From: an uncultured Collinsella sp.
GTDB lineage: Bacteria > Actinomycetota > Coriobacteriia > Coriobacteriales > Coriobacteriaceae
Length of the DNA: 64,000 nucleotides
Reading direction: 5' to 3'
Assembly: GCA_958420165.1 (NCBI GenBank)
Contig: CATZIU010000004.1
Location: forward strand, 6,591 to 70,590
Part shown: piece by piece, positions 1-9,226 of the stretch
How the letters are laid out: every line of letters starts with the position of its first letter
Numbering within the stretch: position 1 is the stretch's first letter
Notes under the pieces: generated by a model
Database searches by the model: none
Told to the model about the DNA's origin: nothing
Seen by the model: the letters and a program-made list of their open reading frames with translations, nothing else
Made by a program: the position numbers and the translations under genes

Positions 1-255
1 CGTGATCTCAAACGTGGGATAGCCCTCGTCGGCGACGCGAATCTTGTTGGTGTCGGTCGCTACGGCAATGCCGTCAACGGCGACATCGAGCGAGCCGGCG
101 ATGACGTGGCCGCCCTCGTGGTCGGTGTGGTTGCCACTGATCTCGGAACGGCCGGGCGCGTGCACATAGAGCACCTGGCGGTCGCCGATGGGGCCAAACT
201 CCTCCTCAAACAGTTTGGTGAGCGTGGCGAATGTCTTTTCGTCGGGGGTGGTCAT
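1..255 (-). CDS. galK: Galactokinase, N-terminal part (runs off window start)
   Basis: Manual minus-strand translation from the ATG at 255 gives MTTPDEK...YVHAPGRSEISGNHTDHEGGHVIAGSLD, the galactokinase G-R-x-E/N-x-x-G-x-H-x-D signature. An AAGGAAAGGA RBS lies upstream. Confidence 0.9.
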   Translation of the reverse strand, partial: MTTPDEKTFATLTKLFEEEFGPIGDRQVLYVHAPGRSEISGNHTDHEGGHVIAGSLDVAVDGIAVATDTNKIRVADEGYPTFEIT

Positions 256-295
256 AGGAGTCCTTTCCTTGGTGCGCACGGGCGAGTTTTGCGTC

Positions 296-500
296 GTTAT
301 GAGTACGTTAACAACTTGAAGCGGCGTGAACCAAGTGTTCACGATACCGCACGTTACGGGCTATGTTAACGTACTCATAACACAACTCTTGTCACTTTTT
401 GAGAATCTGGTAATCGGTAGAAATTCAGCCGTGAACGGTATTGTCGTATGGACTTATAAAGCAGAAGAGATGCGGATTGAAAAAGTAGAGTACGTTAACA
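296..500. promoter_or_regulatory. Three LacI-type operator sites between divergent galK and lacI-family gene
   Basis: GTTATGAGTACGTTAACA (296-313), its exact reverse complement (364-381), and GAGTACGTTAACA (488-500). The central CG is typical of LacI operators. Confidence 0.75.
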
Positions 501-593
501 TGCGTCCGACGATAGCGGGCCTCGGCGCGGGCTAAACTCCTGCCCGGGCCGGCATTCACGCTATTCAGATCTCGCAAGGGTGAAGGTGATCCT

Positions 594-1625
594 GTGGCAA
601 GGCGCCCGTCCAACGATACAGGTACGCGTCCGGTCTCCATGGCCGACGTCGCTCGCGCTGCTGGCGTTTCGCAGCAGACGGTTTCGCGCGTCGCCAACGG
701 CTTGCCCAACGTTAACGAGCAGACGCGCCAGCGCGTGCAGTCCGCTATGCGAGAGCTCGGCTTTCGTCCGAGTTATGCCGGTCGCTCGCTGCGCGACGGT
801 CGATACCATTCGGTTGGCCTATGCGTCAACGATGTCACCAAGTTTGGCAACCTCTCAATGATCGACGGCATCGCCAACGCTGCTCGCGAGCATAATTGTG
901 CCATCACGCTGGTCGAGATGTCCAAGACCGAGGAGTTTTCGCTTGCCGAGGCCACGCGTCGTATGGCCGCATTGCCGGTGGACGGCATCATCATCGGCAT
1001 GAGCCGCATGGCGCCCGATTTTGAGACGTTTGATCCACTGCCGGGCATTGGCACGGTTATCGTCACCATGTACGCGCACCCGCGGGTGACCACGGTCGAC
1101 TCCGATCATTACGGCTGCTCGCTCTTGCTTATGGATCACCTGTTTGAGCTAGGGCACGAGCAGATTCGCTATATTGGCGGCCCGTCGTTCTCAGTCGACG
1201 AACAATTTCGTCGCGCCGGTTGGCAGGATGTACTCGAGCGTAAACACATCGAGCCGGCAGAGCCGCTCGAGGGCGACTGGTCTGCCAACAGCGGCTACGA
1301 GGCCGGCAGGCACCTGGCCGAGCACGATCACACCATGACGGCGATTTACGCGGCAAACGACCAGATGGCAAACGGCGCAATTGCGGCGCTGCGCGATAGC
1401 GGCCTGCGTGTGCCCGAGGACGTGAGCGTGGTGGGCGTCGACGATTCGCTCGATGATTTTGTGGCACACAACGAGCTCACGACCGTGCGATTCGATCTGC
1501 ATCAGCGCGGACGCGAGGTGTTTGAGCATGCGGTTCCCGAGGCGGGTACGGCGGGCAAAACCGTTGCCATTCGTATTCCCGGCCAACTCATCATTCGACA
1601 TAGTACGGCGATACCGCATGCATAG
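594..1625 (+). CDS. LacI-family transcriptional regulator (likely galactose regulon)
   Basis: SMADVARAAGVSQQTVSRV HTH plus a periplasmic-binding-protein-like sensor domain; divergent from galK. Confidence 0.92.
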   Translation: MARRPSNDTGTRPVSMADVARAAGVSQQTVSRVANGLPNVNEQTRQRVQSAMRELGFRPSYAGRSLRDGRYHSVGLCVNDVTKFGNLSMIDGIANAAREHNCAITLVEMSKTEEFSLAEATRRMAALPVDGIIIGMSRMAPDFETFDPLPGIGTVIVTMYAHPRVTTVDSDHYGCSLLLMDHLFELGHEQIRYIGGPSFSVDEQFRRAGWQDVLERKHIEPAEPLEGDWSANSGYEAGRHLAEHDHTMTAIYAANDQMANGAIAALRDSGLRVPEDVSVVGVDDSLDDFVAHNELTTVRFDLHQRGREVFEHAVPEAGTAGKTVAIRIPGQLIIRHSTAIPHA

Positions 1626-1754
1626 TTTGTGCAGGTAAACGGCGATTTATCGCATTTCAATAACAATCGGTAAGGATGTCGGTAGATAGCTGTTGGGATG
1701 TAGCCGAGTGCTATGATAGACGGGCTCTTTTGTCTATCTAGGAGGCTTTGCCTG

Positions 1755-2915
1755 ATGGAGATCACCAAGGATATCCGCTACGTTGGCGTCGACGATCACG
1801 ACATTGACCTGTTCGAGGGCCAGTACGATGTGTCCGAGAACGGTATGGCATACAACAGCTACGTTATCTTGGGCGAAAAGATCGCTGTCGCCGATTCAGT
1901 CGACGGCGGCTTTGTTGATGAGTGGCTCGGTAACATCGAAGCCGTGCTCGATGGCCGTACGCCCGACTACCTGGTCGTCCATCACATGGAGCCCGATCAC
2001 TCCGCCGGTATCGCCGCTTTTATGGAGCGCTACCCCCAGGCCCAGATCGTGGCAAGCATGGGCGCTTTCCGCATGATGGTCAACTACTTTGGCACCGACT
2101 TCCCCGAGCGCAAGATGGTCGTCAAAGAGGGCGACGTGCTCGACCTGGGTGGCCACAGCCTAACGTTTGTCGGCGCCCCCAACGTGCACTGGCCCGAGGT
2201 GATCTTCTCCTACGAGTCCACCGACAAGGTGCTCTTTAGTGCCGACGGCTTTGGCAAGTTCGGCGCCAACGACATCGAGGACCCGGAAGGCTGGGCTTGC
2301 GAAGCGCGCCGCTACTACTTTGGCATCGTCGGTAAGTTCGGCAAGTTTGTGCAGACCGTGCTCAAGAAGGCCGCCGACCTGGATATCCAGATTATCTGTC
2401 CGCTCCACGGCCCCGTACTGACCGAGAACCTGGGCTATTACCTCGACACCTATAACACCTGGTCGAGCTACCAGCCCGAGGACGAGGGCATCACGATCGC
2501 CTATGCGAGTGTGTATGGGCATCTGAAAGCTGCCGTCGAGGAGCTCGCCGCAGCGCTTGAGGCTCGCGGTCAGAAGGTCTCCGTCTTTGACCTGGCTCGC
2601 GACGACATGGCCGAGGCCGTTGAGGATGCGTTCCGCTATGACCGTCTGGTGCTCGCCTCCATCACCTATCAGGGCGAGATCTTCCCGTTCATGAGCACCT
2701 TTATCCACACGCTTGCCGAGCACGCCTATCAGAACCGTACGGTGGCGCTCGTTGAGGCCGGCTCCTGGGCGCCCACCGCTGCCAAGGTTATGACCAAGGA
2801 GCTCGAGGGCATGAAGGACATCACCCTGGCGCAGAACAAGGTGACCGTGCTGGGCTCGCTCAACGACGCCTCGCGCGCTCAGATCGAGGTTCTCGCCGAC
2901 GAGCTGTCCAAGTAG
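1755..2915 (+). CDS. fprA: Flavodiiron protein (FprA/NorV-like; metallo-beta-lactamase + flavodoxin)
   Basis: HHMEPDHS, HWPE, FSADGFG and CPLHGP motifs with a C-terminal flavodoxin domain. AGGAGG RBS precedes ATG 1755. Confidence 0.9.
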   Translation: MEITKDIRYVGVDDHDIDLFEGQYDVSENGMAYNSYVILGEKIAVADSVDGGFVDEWLGNIEAVLDGRTPDYLVVHHMEPDHSAGIAAFMERYPQAQIVASMGAFRMMVNYFGTDFPERKMVVKEGDVLDLGGHSLTFVGAPNVHWPEVIFSYESTDKVLFSADGFGKFGANDIEDPEGWACEARRYYFGIVGKFGKFVQTVLKKAADLDIQIICPLHGPVLTENLGYYLDTYNTWSSYQPEDEGITIAYASVYGHLKAAVEELAAALEARGQKVSVFDLARDDMAEAVEDAFRYDRLVLASITYQGEIFPFMSTFIHTLAEHAYQNRTVALVEAGSWAPTAAKVMTKELEGMKDITLAQNKVTVLGSLNDASRAQIEVLADELSK

Positions 2916-2938
2916 CGACACATTCACTTCTGATGCTC

Positions 2939-2973
2939 AACCACCACAAAGGAGACCTTTGTGGTGGTTTTTG
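2939..2973. terminator. Intrinsic terminator between convergent fprA and deoR
   Basis: AACCACCACAAAGG-AGA-CCTTTGTGGTGGTT followed by a T run. Confidence 0.8.
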
Positions 2974-2974
2974 T

Positions 2975-3778
2975 TTAAGCGCCGGCGATGACGAGGGCTG
3001 GACGTGAGCTGTCAGTGGCCACGGCGATCGAGGTGGCGACGGCATGGTCGGGGTCACGGTCCATCACGATGGAGTCGACATCGGCAAGCTCGGCAAAGCG
3101 GTACATGCCGCGTCCGTTAACCTTGCTGGCGTCCATGAGGGCGACGCTTTGATGGGCCGCGGCGATCATAGCCGTTTTGGTCTCGGCCATCTGGGGAAAG
3201 TCGGTCGTAAAGCCGCAGCTGGGGACAAAGGCGCCGGGGCACATGACGGCCAGATCGGCATGGACCATTTGGAGCGCCTGCATAGTGAGCGGTCCGTACA
3301 AATAACGATGGCCTTTGCGCAGTGCCCCGCCCAGCATGACGACATCGACCGAGGGCATGCTCTCGTCGATGTAATCGGCAATGGTAATGTCGGCCGTGAT
3401 AACGGTGATGCCGTTGCGCTGGTCGAGGAGCCGGACAAACTCGAGCGCCGTGGTGCCCGAGTCGACGAGCAGCGTGTCGCCGTCATTGACGAGCTCGATG
3501 GCGCTTTGCGCGATGGCCTGCTTGGCAGCGACGTTGACATTGATGCGGCGATCCTGCGTGGAGACGGTCAGGCGTTTGTGGAGCGAGACGGCACCGCCGT
3601 GCGTGCGGCGCAGCTTGCCTGCTTCGGCGAGCGCGTCCAGGTCGGCGCGGGCGGTGACGGAGGACACGCCAAAGGTCTGGGCGATTTCCGCTACCTGCAC
3701 CGAGGCATTATGCTCGAGCATTTCCATAATGGCGGTACGGCGTTCGTCGGCAAAAGCACGGTTGGTAGCTTGGGTCAT
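2975..3778 (-). CDS. DeoR/GlpR-family transcriptional regulator
   Basis: ERRTAIMEML...FGVSSVTARADL...RTHGGA and DSGTT motifs. Start chosen at MTQATN. Confidence 0.9.
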   Translation of the reverse strand: MTQATNRAFADERRTAIMEMLEHNASVQVAEIAQTFGVSSVTARADLDALAEAGKLRRTHGGAVSLHKRLTVSTQDRRINVNVAAKQAIAQSAIELVNDGDTLLVDSGTTALEFVRLLDQRNGITVITADITIADYIDESMPSVDVVMLGGALRKGHRYLYGPLTMQALQMVHADLAVMCPGAFVPSCGFTTDFPQMAETKTAMIAAAHQSVALMDASKVNGRGMYRFAELADVDSIVMDRDPDHAVATSIAVATDSSRPALVIAGA

Positions 3779-4112
3779 GGCTGCTCCATTCTCGGCTAAA
3801 TATGCAGGAATTGTGTTGACTCTATTTTCGTTCATTTTCTTTTTGAGTAAGAAAACACCTTTCGATTACTTATCTTTTCTATAAAAGAAAGACGCTGAAC
3901 GCCTAAAATTCAATATCGAACACGCCCGCTCGGCTTCAATTCCTTCCGTTTGCTTTTCAAAAACGACGGTATTGACCTGCATGGGCTCAATATCTCGCAC
4001 GTGCAAAGCCGCTGAATTTCATACAATGAGCGCAGTAAAACGCAAGGTAAAACGCCTTGTGAACAACTACGCCCGATGTCCAGATGCGGGCGAGGGAGAG
4101 GAGCAAACGCTC

Positions 4113-4970
4113 ATGGCACTTGTTACCACCGAAAAGATGCTCAAGGACGCTCAGGCCGGCCACTACGCTGTTGGCGCTTTCAACGTCGAGAACCTCGAGT
4201 TTGTTATGGCCGTTCTGGCCGCTGCCGAGGAGACCAAGTCCCCCGTCATCATGCAGACCACCCCGGGCACCATCAAGACCGCTGGTCTGGACTACTTCTA
4301 CGGCATGGTCAAGGCTGCCGCCGAGCGCGCTTCCGTGCCCGTCGCTCTGCACCTCGATCACGGCGATGGCTATGACCGCTGCATGCAGGCTTTCCGCACG
4401 GGCTACACCTCTGTCATGATCGACGGCTCGCACGAGTCCTTCGAGGACAACATCGCCCTGACCAAGTCCGTCGCCGACGCTGGCCGCGCCATGGGCGTGC
4501 CCGTCGAGGCCGAGCTCGGCAAGGTTGGCGGCAAGGAGGACGACGGTCCCGCGGTTGAGGGCGAGAGCCCCTACACCGATCCGGCCGAGGCCAAGGAGTT
4601 CGTCGAGCGCACCGGCTGCACCTCTCTCGCTATTGGCGTTGGCACCAGCCACGGTGTGTACACGAGCGATCCGCACATCGAGCAGTCCGTGGTCAAGGCC
4701 ATCCGCGACGCCGTCGACGTGCCGCTGGTTCTGCACGGCACCTCCGGTGTGCCCGATGAGCAGGTTGCCGAGGCTGTGAAGAACGGTATCTGCAAGGTTA
4801 ACTACGCCACCGAGCTGCGTCAGGCCTACACCAAGGGCTTCATGGCCTACATGGCCGAGAATCCCGCCTGCTTCGATCCCAAGAAGCCGGCCAAGGAGGG
4901 CATGCGTGAGATCACCGAGCTGGTTAAGATTCGCATGACCAACCTCAACTCTGTGGGCAAAGCAGAGTAA
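4113..4970 (+). CDS. fba: Class II fructose/tagatose-1,6-bisphosphate aldolase
   Basis: AVGAFN, ALHLDHG, SVMIDGS, VEAELG and LVLHGTSG motifs; GAGAGGAG RBS. Substrate (FBP vs tagatose-BP) cannot be resolved. Confidence 0.88.
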   Translation: MALVTTEKMLKDAQAGHYAVGAFNVENLEFVMAVLAAAEETKSPVIMQTTPGTIKTAGLDYFYGMVKAAAERASVPVALHLDHGDGYDRCMQAFRTGYTSVMIDGSHESFEDNIALTKSVADAGRAMGVPVEAELGKVGGKEDDGPAVEGESPYTDPAEAKEFVERTGCTSLAIGVGTSHGVYTSDPHIEQSVVKAIRDAVDVPLVLHGTSGVPDEQVAEAVKNGICKVNYATELRQAYTKGFMAYMAENPACFDPKKPAKEGMREITELVKIRMTNLNSVGKAE

Positions 4971-4994
4971 CAGCAAGGGTACTCTGATCCCACC

Positions 4995-5145
4995 GGACGG
5001 TTTGGGCGGGTCCCGTACCTAGTTTCCAAAACGTCCTCGCGCATGAAGGCCCCCGTTGTCTCGCTTCTTCGAAGCGTGGACAACGGGGGCCTTCGCGCTG
5101 CGGAATGATTTTGGAAACTAGGTACGGGACCCGCCCAAACCGTCC
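4995..5145 (+). repeat. Covarying long-hairpin element, family 1 copy A
   Basis: 37-bp perfect outer stem, CGTCCTC/TGCGGA internal loop, AT bulge, 16-bp inner stem, apical GCTTC-TTC-GAAGC. Confidence 0.9.
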
Positions 5146-5194
5146 TGCTCAATCGCCCTTGTGGTGTTGGGGCTGAAAGGGTGGGACGCGTGGG

Positions 5195-5818
5195 TTATTT
5201 GGTTGTTAGGGTTAGTAGGTCGTTGGGGGTTTTGAGGTTGTAGGTGGCGTTTGGGATGTCTTGGTGTGATCCCCATGCCGCTCTGGCAAAACTGACCCCT
5301 GCCGAAGTTGCGCATTGTTCGTCGTAGACGGTGTCGCCAACGTAGACGACGTTGCCAGGATTCGCGCCCGTACGCCGGAGATATTCGAGCATGGGAGCGG
5401 GTGCGGGTTTATGTTCGGTTGTGTCTTCGACAAGGATGATGTGCTCAAAATACTTATCGAAGCCAAGGGGTGCAATTTCTTCTGCGTATTCATTGCGCGC
5501 ACGTGAGGAGACGATGCCAAGTTTGCAGCCGTTGTCGGAGAGTGTTGCGATAACTTCGTGCAAGCCGGGAAACACGCTGATGGTGCTTTTAAAGCTGGCG
5601 GCAACTTGGCACCAGCGATCCAGCGTTGCCTGTGAGTAGATCCCAAGTTTCTCAAGGGCGTTCTTGCCGGGTATGCCGAGGGCAAATTCAAGCTCGTGTC
5701 GGGGGAGCGTTTTGCCGGTTTCTTCTTGGATAATCTGGCCAAGCGACGACAGCACGCTTTCTTCTGTATCTGCCAATGTCCCATCAACGTCAAACACGAT
5801 ATAGTCAAAGTACTTCAT
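5195..5818 (-). CDS. HAD-superfamily phosphatase
   Basis: FDVDGTL motif I; KPAP and YVGDT motifs. Confidence 0.9.
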   Translation of the reverse strand: MKYFDYIVFDVDGTLADTEESVLSSLGQIIQEETGKTLPRHELEFALGIPGKNALEKLGIYSQATLDRWCQVAASFKSTISVFPGLHEVIATLSDNGCKLGIVSSRARNEYAEEIAPLGFDKYFEHIILVEDTTEHKPAPAPMLEYLRRTGANPGNVVYVGDTVYDEQCATSAGVSFARAAWGSHQDIPNATYNLKTPNDLLTLTTK

Positions 5819-5874
5819 ATAGTAGCTCCTATCCGTTGTTTGCCTGCAAGTTTGATGCAGTGACAGAAGAAGGG

Positions 5875-6813
5875 CTAGCGGGATTTCTGCCTGGTACTAT
5901 CGAGATTCTGCCTCGCTGCTCGATAGCTCGAAGGAGTGCATCCCATTTGTTCTTTAAATACCTGGCCAAGATGGCTTGCTGTCGCAAAGCCGCATTGGCG
6001 CGCGACTGTCTGGACCGTTCGCGTGGTGTGTGCCAAAAGTTCGCAAGCGCGGTTTACGCGGTATGCGCGCAGATATGCCGCCGGGGTCGTTCCTGCGCAA
6101 GCTTCGATAATGCGGTAACACTCTCTTTCGCTTACGCCGGCTGCAGATGCCATCTGGGGCACATCTATAGCGGCTGCATAGTTTGCGCGGATATAGTCCA
6201 GGATTGCCTTGAACTGTACGTCGCGGTTGGTCATCCAAGAGGCGTTGTCGGAGGAAAAGAGCGGTTCGGCCTTGGCGCAAATCTGAATCCAGAGCTCTGA
6301 CAAGCTATTCCGAAGCGCCATCTCGTTCTGCGGCCGTTGAAGGTCGTGGTTAAAGGAACTCTTTAGCAAATCGATAAAGGGCATATCGTCGGGGTTGGTG
6401 GGCGACCATTTGAGCACATCGACGCCTCGACATTGCAGCAAAGGATTGATATAGCGCTTTTGAAGGCGTCCCGCGGGATCGCCGAGCATCGACGGCTGAA
6501 AGATATGCAACATTTGAATGGCTGGTGCCGAATTGGGTGATTGCAGCGTGCTGTGCAAAACGCCGCCGTTGATAAAGCCGGCGGACCCTTCCCCAAAGCG
6601 TACGTGCTCATGAGCCGCGCGCGTTCGATAGTCAATCGCTCCCTGCTCCATGTAGAAAAGCTCAACTTCGGAATGCCAGTGCCAGGGGACGGAATTGTCC
6701 GGATAGCGAGCGAATTCTGCGCGTTCGGCAATATAGGGCCAGTCTTCGGCGGTCTCGGGAAACGCTTCCTCGCGTCCTCCGCGGTGCAATTCTATGTGAT
6801 CCATGTTTCGCAT
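5875..6813 (-). CDS. AraC-family regulator with cupin domain
   Basis: PWHWHSEVEL cupin; C-terminal double HTH (VARQCGFATASHLGQVFKEQMGCTPSSYR). Confidence 0.9.
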   Translation of the reverse strand: MRNMDHIELHRGGREEAFPETAEDWPYIAERAEFARYPDNSVPWHWHSEVELFYMEQGAIDYRTRAAHEHVRFGEGSAGFINGGVLHSTLQSPNSAPAIQMLHIFQPSMLGDPAGRLQKRYINPLLQCRGVDVLKWSPTNPDDMPFIDLLKSSFNHDLQRPQNEMALRNSLSELWIQICAKAEPLFSSDNASWMTNRDVQFKAILDYIRANYAAAIDVPQMASAAGVSERECYRIIEACAGTTPAAYLRAYRVNRACELLAHTTRTVQTVARQCGFATASHLGQVFKEQMGCTPSSYRAARQNLDSTRQKSR

Positions 6814-7302
6814 GGCATCAGTATAAAGCGCGATGGGCTTAGATTGCTCTTGCCTGTTCGGGGAACGCCTTGTCTAGGGATGCTTGGAGCTTTTCGAAGG
6901 ATGCTCGTAAGTTGAGGCTCTGATTGGCTGAGCGCTTGGTTTTTGTGGTGTGGGAGTCGAGGAGACCGTTTCTCTGTGTCGGGGGGAAGGAGAAAAGGTT
7001 TGCATGTTTTAGGGATGGCTGCTGTGCTGCGTCATTGGAAGAATGCATGCTTATGCGGCCTCCTCGATGTCCACCAATAGATTGCGCTCGGGGTATGCTG
7101 CTAGGTCCCGTGCGCTGGCAGTATTATGCCGCGGCTGCTGCAAAGAAGCGCTAAAGAAAGGCTTAATGAGGTTTGACGTTGCGATGAAACCGCAGGTAAA
7201 AGCTATCGAGTAACACTCTTGAAAGGTTTTGAGCTTAAGGGCTTTCTAAGGTTTGTGACGTGGATGTGGCTCGCCTGTGTGGGGCGTGTGGGCGGCTCGT
7301 TC

Positions 7303-8292
7303 CTAGCGCTGCGGCTCTGCGGCCCGCACCTGCTCGATGACCTTTTCCATGGTGGCGTCGATGCGGTCTTTTTTGAGCTCGCATTCCCAGATGGTTATGG
7401 GTGTCCAGCCCATTTGAGTGAGTGCTGCCACGGCGGTGCGGTCGCGCTCGACGTTGCGACGGAACTTTGCCTCCCAAAACTCAACATTGCGCTTGGGCTG
7501 GCTGGGGTTGCACTTGGGGCAGCGGTGCCAAAAGCAGCCGTTGACGAAGATGGCGATCTTGCGCCCGGGAAAGGCGATGTCGGGCTTTCCGGGCACCTTC
7601 CATTCCAGACGGTATCCCGTAAGGCCTGCGGCGCGCAGGCGCTGACGAACGAGCAGCTCTGGCTTGGTATTGGCGCGCTTGTTGCCCTTCATGGACTTTT
7701 TGATGGCGGCGCGACGGCGGACCAGTTCGCGCTCGTCAGCGGAGAGGTCCGAGGTATCGATGCCGTCGAGCAGACCTGGTTTGGGGCGTTTTTTGCTACG
7801 GCGCTTAGGTGTGCGCTTGGGCTTGGTGGCGGGCTCGTCGGTCGCGATGGCCTCGGTGTTGTTGGCAGTGCCGTTGGCCTCGAGCCGGTCTTCCTTCAGC
7901 TCAATCAGGGCATCGATAAGCCCTTTATCGGCGGGCATCCACTCAACGGTGGCAAGCGAGGTACGCGGAATCCAGCGGATATCGAGCTGGCGGTCGTGCT
8001 TCTGAGGCTCATCGGATTCATCGGCGAGCGAGCAGTAGTAGCACTCCATGGAGAGATGGAAATCGGGGTAGTCATACTCAACGGTATAAAAATCGCGCAG
8101 GTTGGTGACTTTTACCTGCAGCTCTTCCATGAGCTCGCGGCGTACGGCGTCTTCGGGCGTCTCGCCGCGCATGAGCTTGCCACCTGGGAACTCCCAAAGT
8201 CCCTGCATGTCGCCATAGCCGCGCTGTACGGCCAGTAGCTCGTCGGATCCTTCCTTGCGAATGATCCCAGCGGCAACATGAACAGTCTTCAA
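7303..8292 (-). CDS. NUDIX (MutT-like) hydrolase fused to Vsr very-short-patch-repair endonuclease
   Basis: TTG start after a GAGAGAGGA RBS. Nudix box GGKLMRGETPEDAVRRELMEELQV, basic linker, then Vsr motifs TKPE, PGKPDI, FVNGCFWH, RNVERD, GW...IWECEL in one frame. Confidence 0.85.
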   Translation of the reverse strand: MKTVHVAAGIIRKEGSDELLAVQRGYGDMQGLWEFPGGKLMRGETPEDAVRRELMEELQVKVTNLRDFYTVEYDYPDFHLSMECYYCSLADESDEPQKHDRQLDIRWIPRTSLATVEWMPADKGLIDALIELKEDRLEANGTANNTEAIATDEPATKPKRTPKRRSKKRPKPGLLDGIDTSDLSADERELVRRRAAIKKSMKGNKRANTKPELLVRQRLRAAGLTGYRLEWKVPGKPDIAFPGRKIAIFVNGCFWHRCPKCNPSQPKRNVEFWEAKFRRNVERDRTAVAALTQMGWTPITIWECELKKDRIDATMEKVIEQVRAAEPQR

Positions 8293-8340
8293 CAGGAGTC
8301 CTCTCTCAACATCAACACGTGACAGGCTAACTACCCGCAC

Positions 8341-8356
8341 CTTACACAACGGTAAG
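8341..8356 (+). promoter_or_regulatory. Putative BceR/GraR-type binding box
   Basis: CTTACA-CAAC-GGTAAG resembles the TTACA-N4-TGTAA inverted repeat found upstream of BceAB-type transporters. Confidence 0.5.
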
Positions 8357-8440
8357 GCAAGCGTAAGCCATATCGATGGTAGCCGACTCGGCTTCTTGCG
8401 ACTATAGATGCCGTAGACTAATCGCAAGAAAGGACTCGGT

Positions 8441-9226
8441 ATGCAAACCACGCACATGGCGACCCCGGTATTGGAGGTCGCGCATCTCGAAAAGGTATAT
8501 GGAGCGCTGGGCAACGTGACCCGTGCGCTCAACGACGTCAGCTTTACCGTCAACCGCGGTGAATTCGTTGGCATCATGGGCGCTTCGGGCTCGGGCAAGT
8601 CGACGTTGCTCAACTGCGTGTCGACCATCGATAGCGCCACGAGCGGCACCATCCGCATCAACGGCCAGGACGTAACACGCATGAAGCAGGCTAAGCTTTC
8701 GCAGTTCCGCCGCGAGGAGCTCGGCTTTATCTTCCAGGATTCCAACCTGCTCGATACACTCACGGCACGCGAGAACATCGCCCTGCCGCTCACCATCGCC
8801 CGCACAAACTCGGCAGAGATCTCGACCCGCGTGCAGGATGTGGCAGCGCGCCTGTCCATCAGCCAGGTGCTCGACAAGTATCCCTACCAGATGTCCGGCG
8901 GCCAGCAGCAGCGCGTTGCCGCGGCTCGCGCGCTCGTCACCGACCCCACCATGATCATGGCCGACGAGCCCACCGGCGCCCTCGATTCCAAGAGCGCCCG
9001 TTTGCTGCTCGAGAGCCTGGAGGCTCTTAACCGCCGTCTACGCGCCACCGTGCTCATGGTCACGCACGACAGCTTTGCCGCCAGCTACACGAGCCGTGTG
9101 CTGTTTATTCGCGACGGCAAGATCTTCACCGAGCTGCGCCGCGGCGACGCCGACCGCCGAGAGTTCTTCGACCGCATTATGGAGGTCGTTGCCATGATGG
9201 GCGGTGAGGGCTCCGATGCTCTGTAA
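8441..9226 (+). CDS. BceA-like ABC transporter ATP-binding protein
   Basis: Walker A GASGSGKS, signature [23 protein letters not shown]. Confidence 0.92.
   Translation: MQTTHMATPVLEVAHLEKVYGALGNVTRALNDVSFTVNRGEFVGIMGASGSGKSTLLNCVSTIDSATSGTIRINGQDVTRMKQAKLSQFRREELGFIFQDSNLLDTLTARENIALPLTIARTNSAEISTRVQDVAARLSISQVLDKYPYQMSGGQQQRVAAARALVTDPTMIMADEPTGALDSKSARLLLESLEALNRRLRATVLMVTHDSFAASYTSRVLFIRDGKIFTELRRGDADRREFFDRIMEVVAMMGGEGSDAL

Noticed and set aside
8293..8877. N-terminal ~195 aa of the 524-aa ORF 7303..8877
   Set aside because: It is an antisense shadow of the BceA ATPase; the Nudix domain starts at TTG 8292 behind a good RBS.
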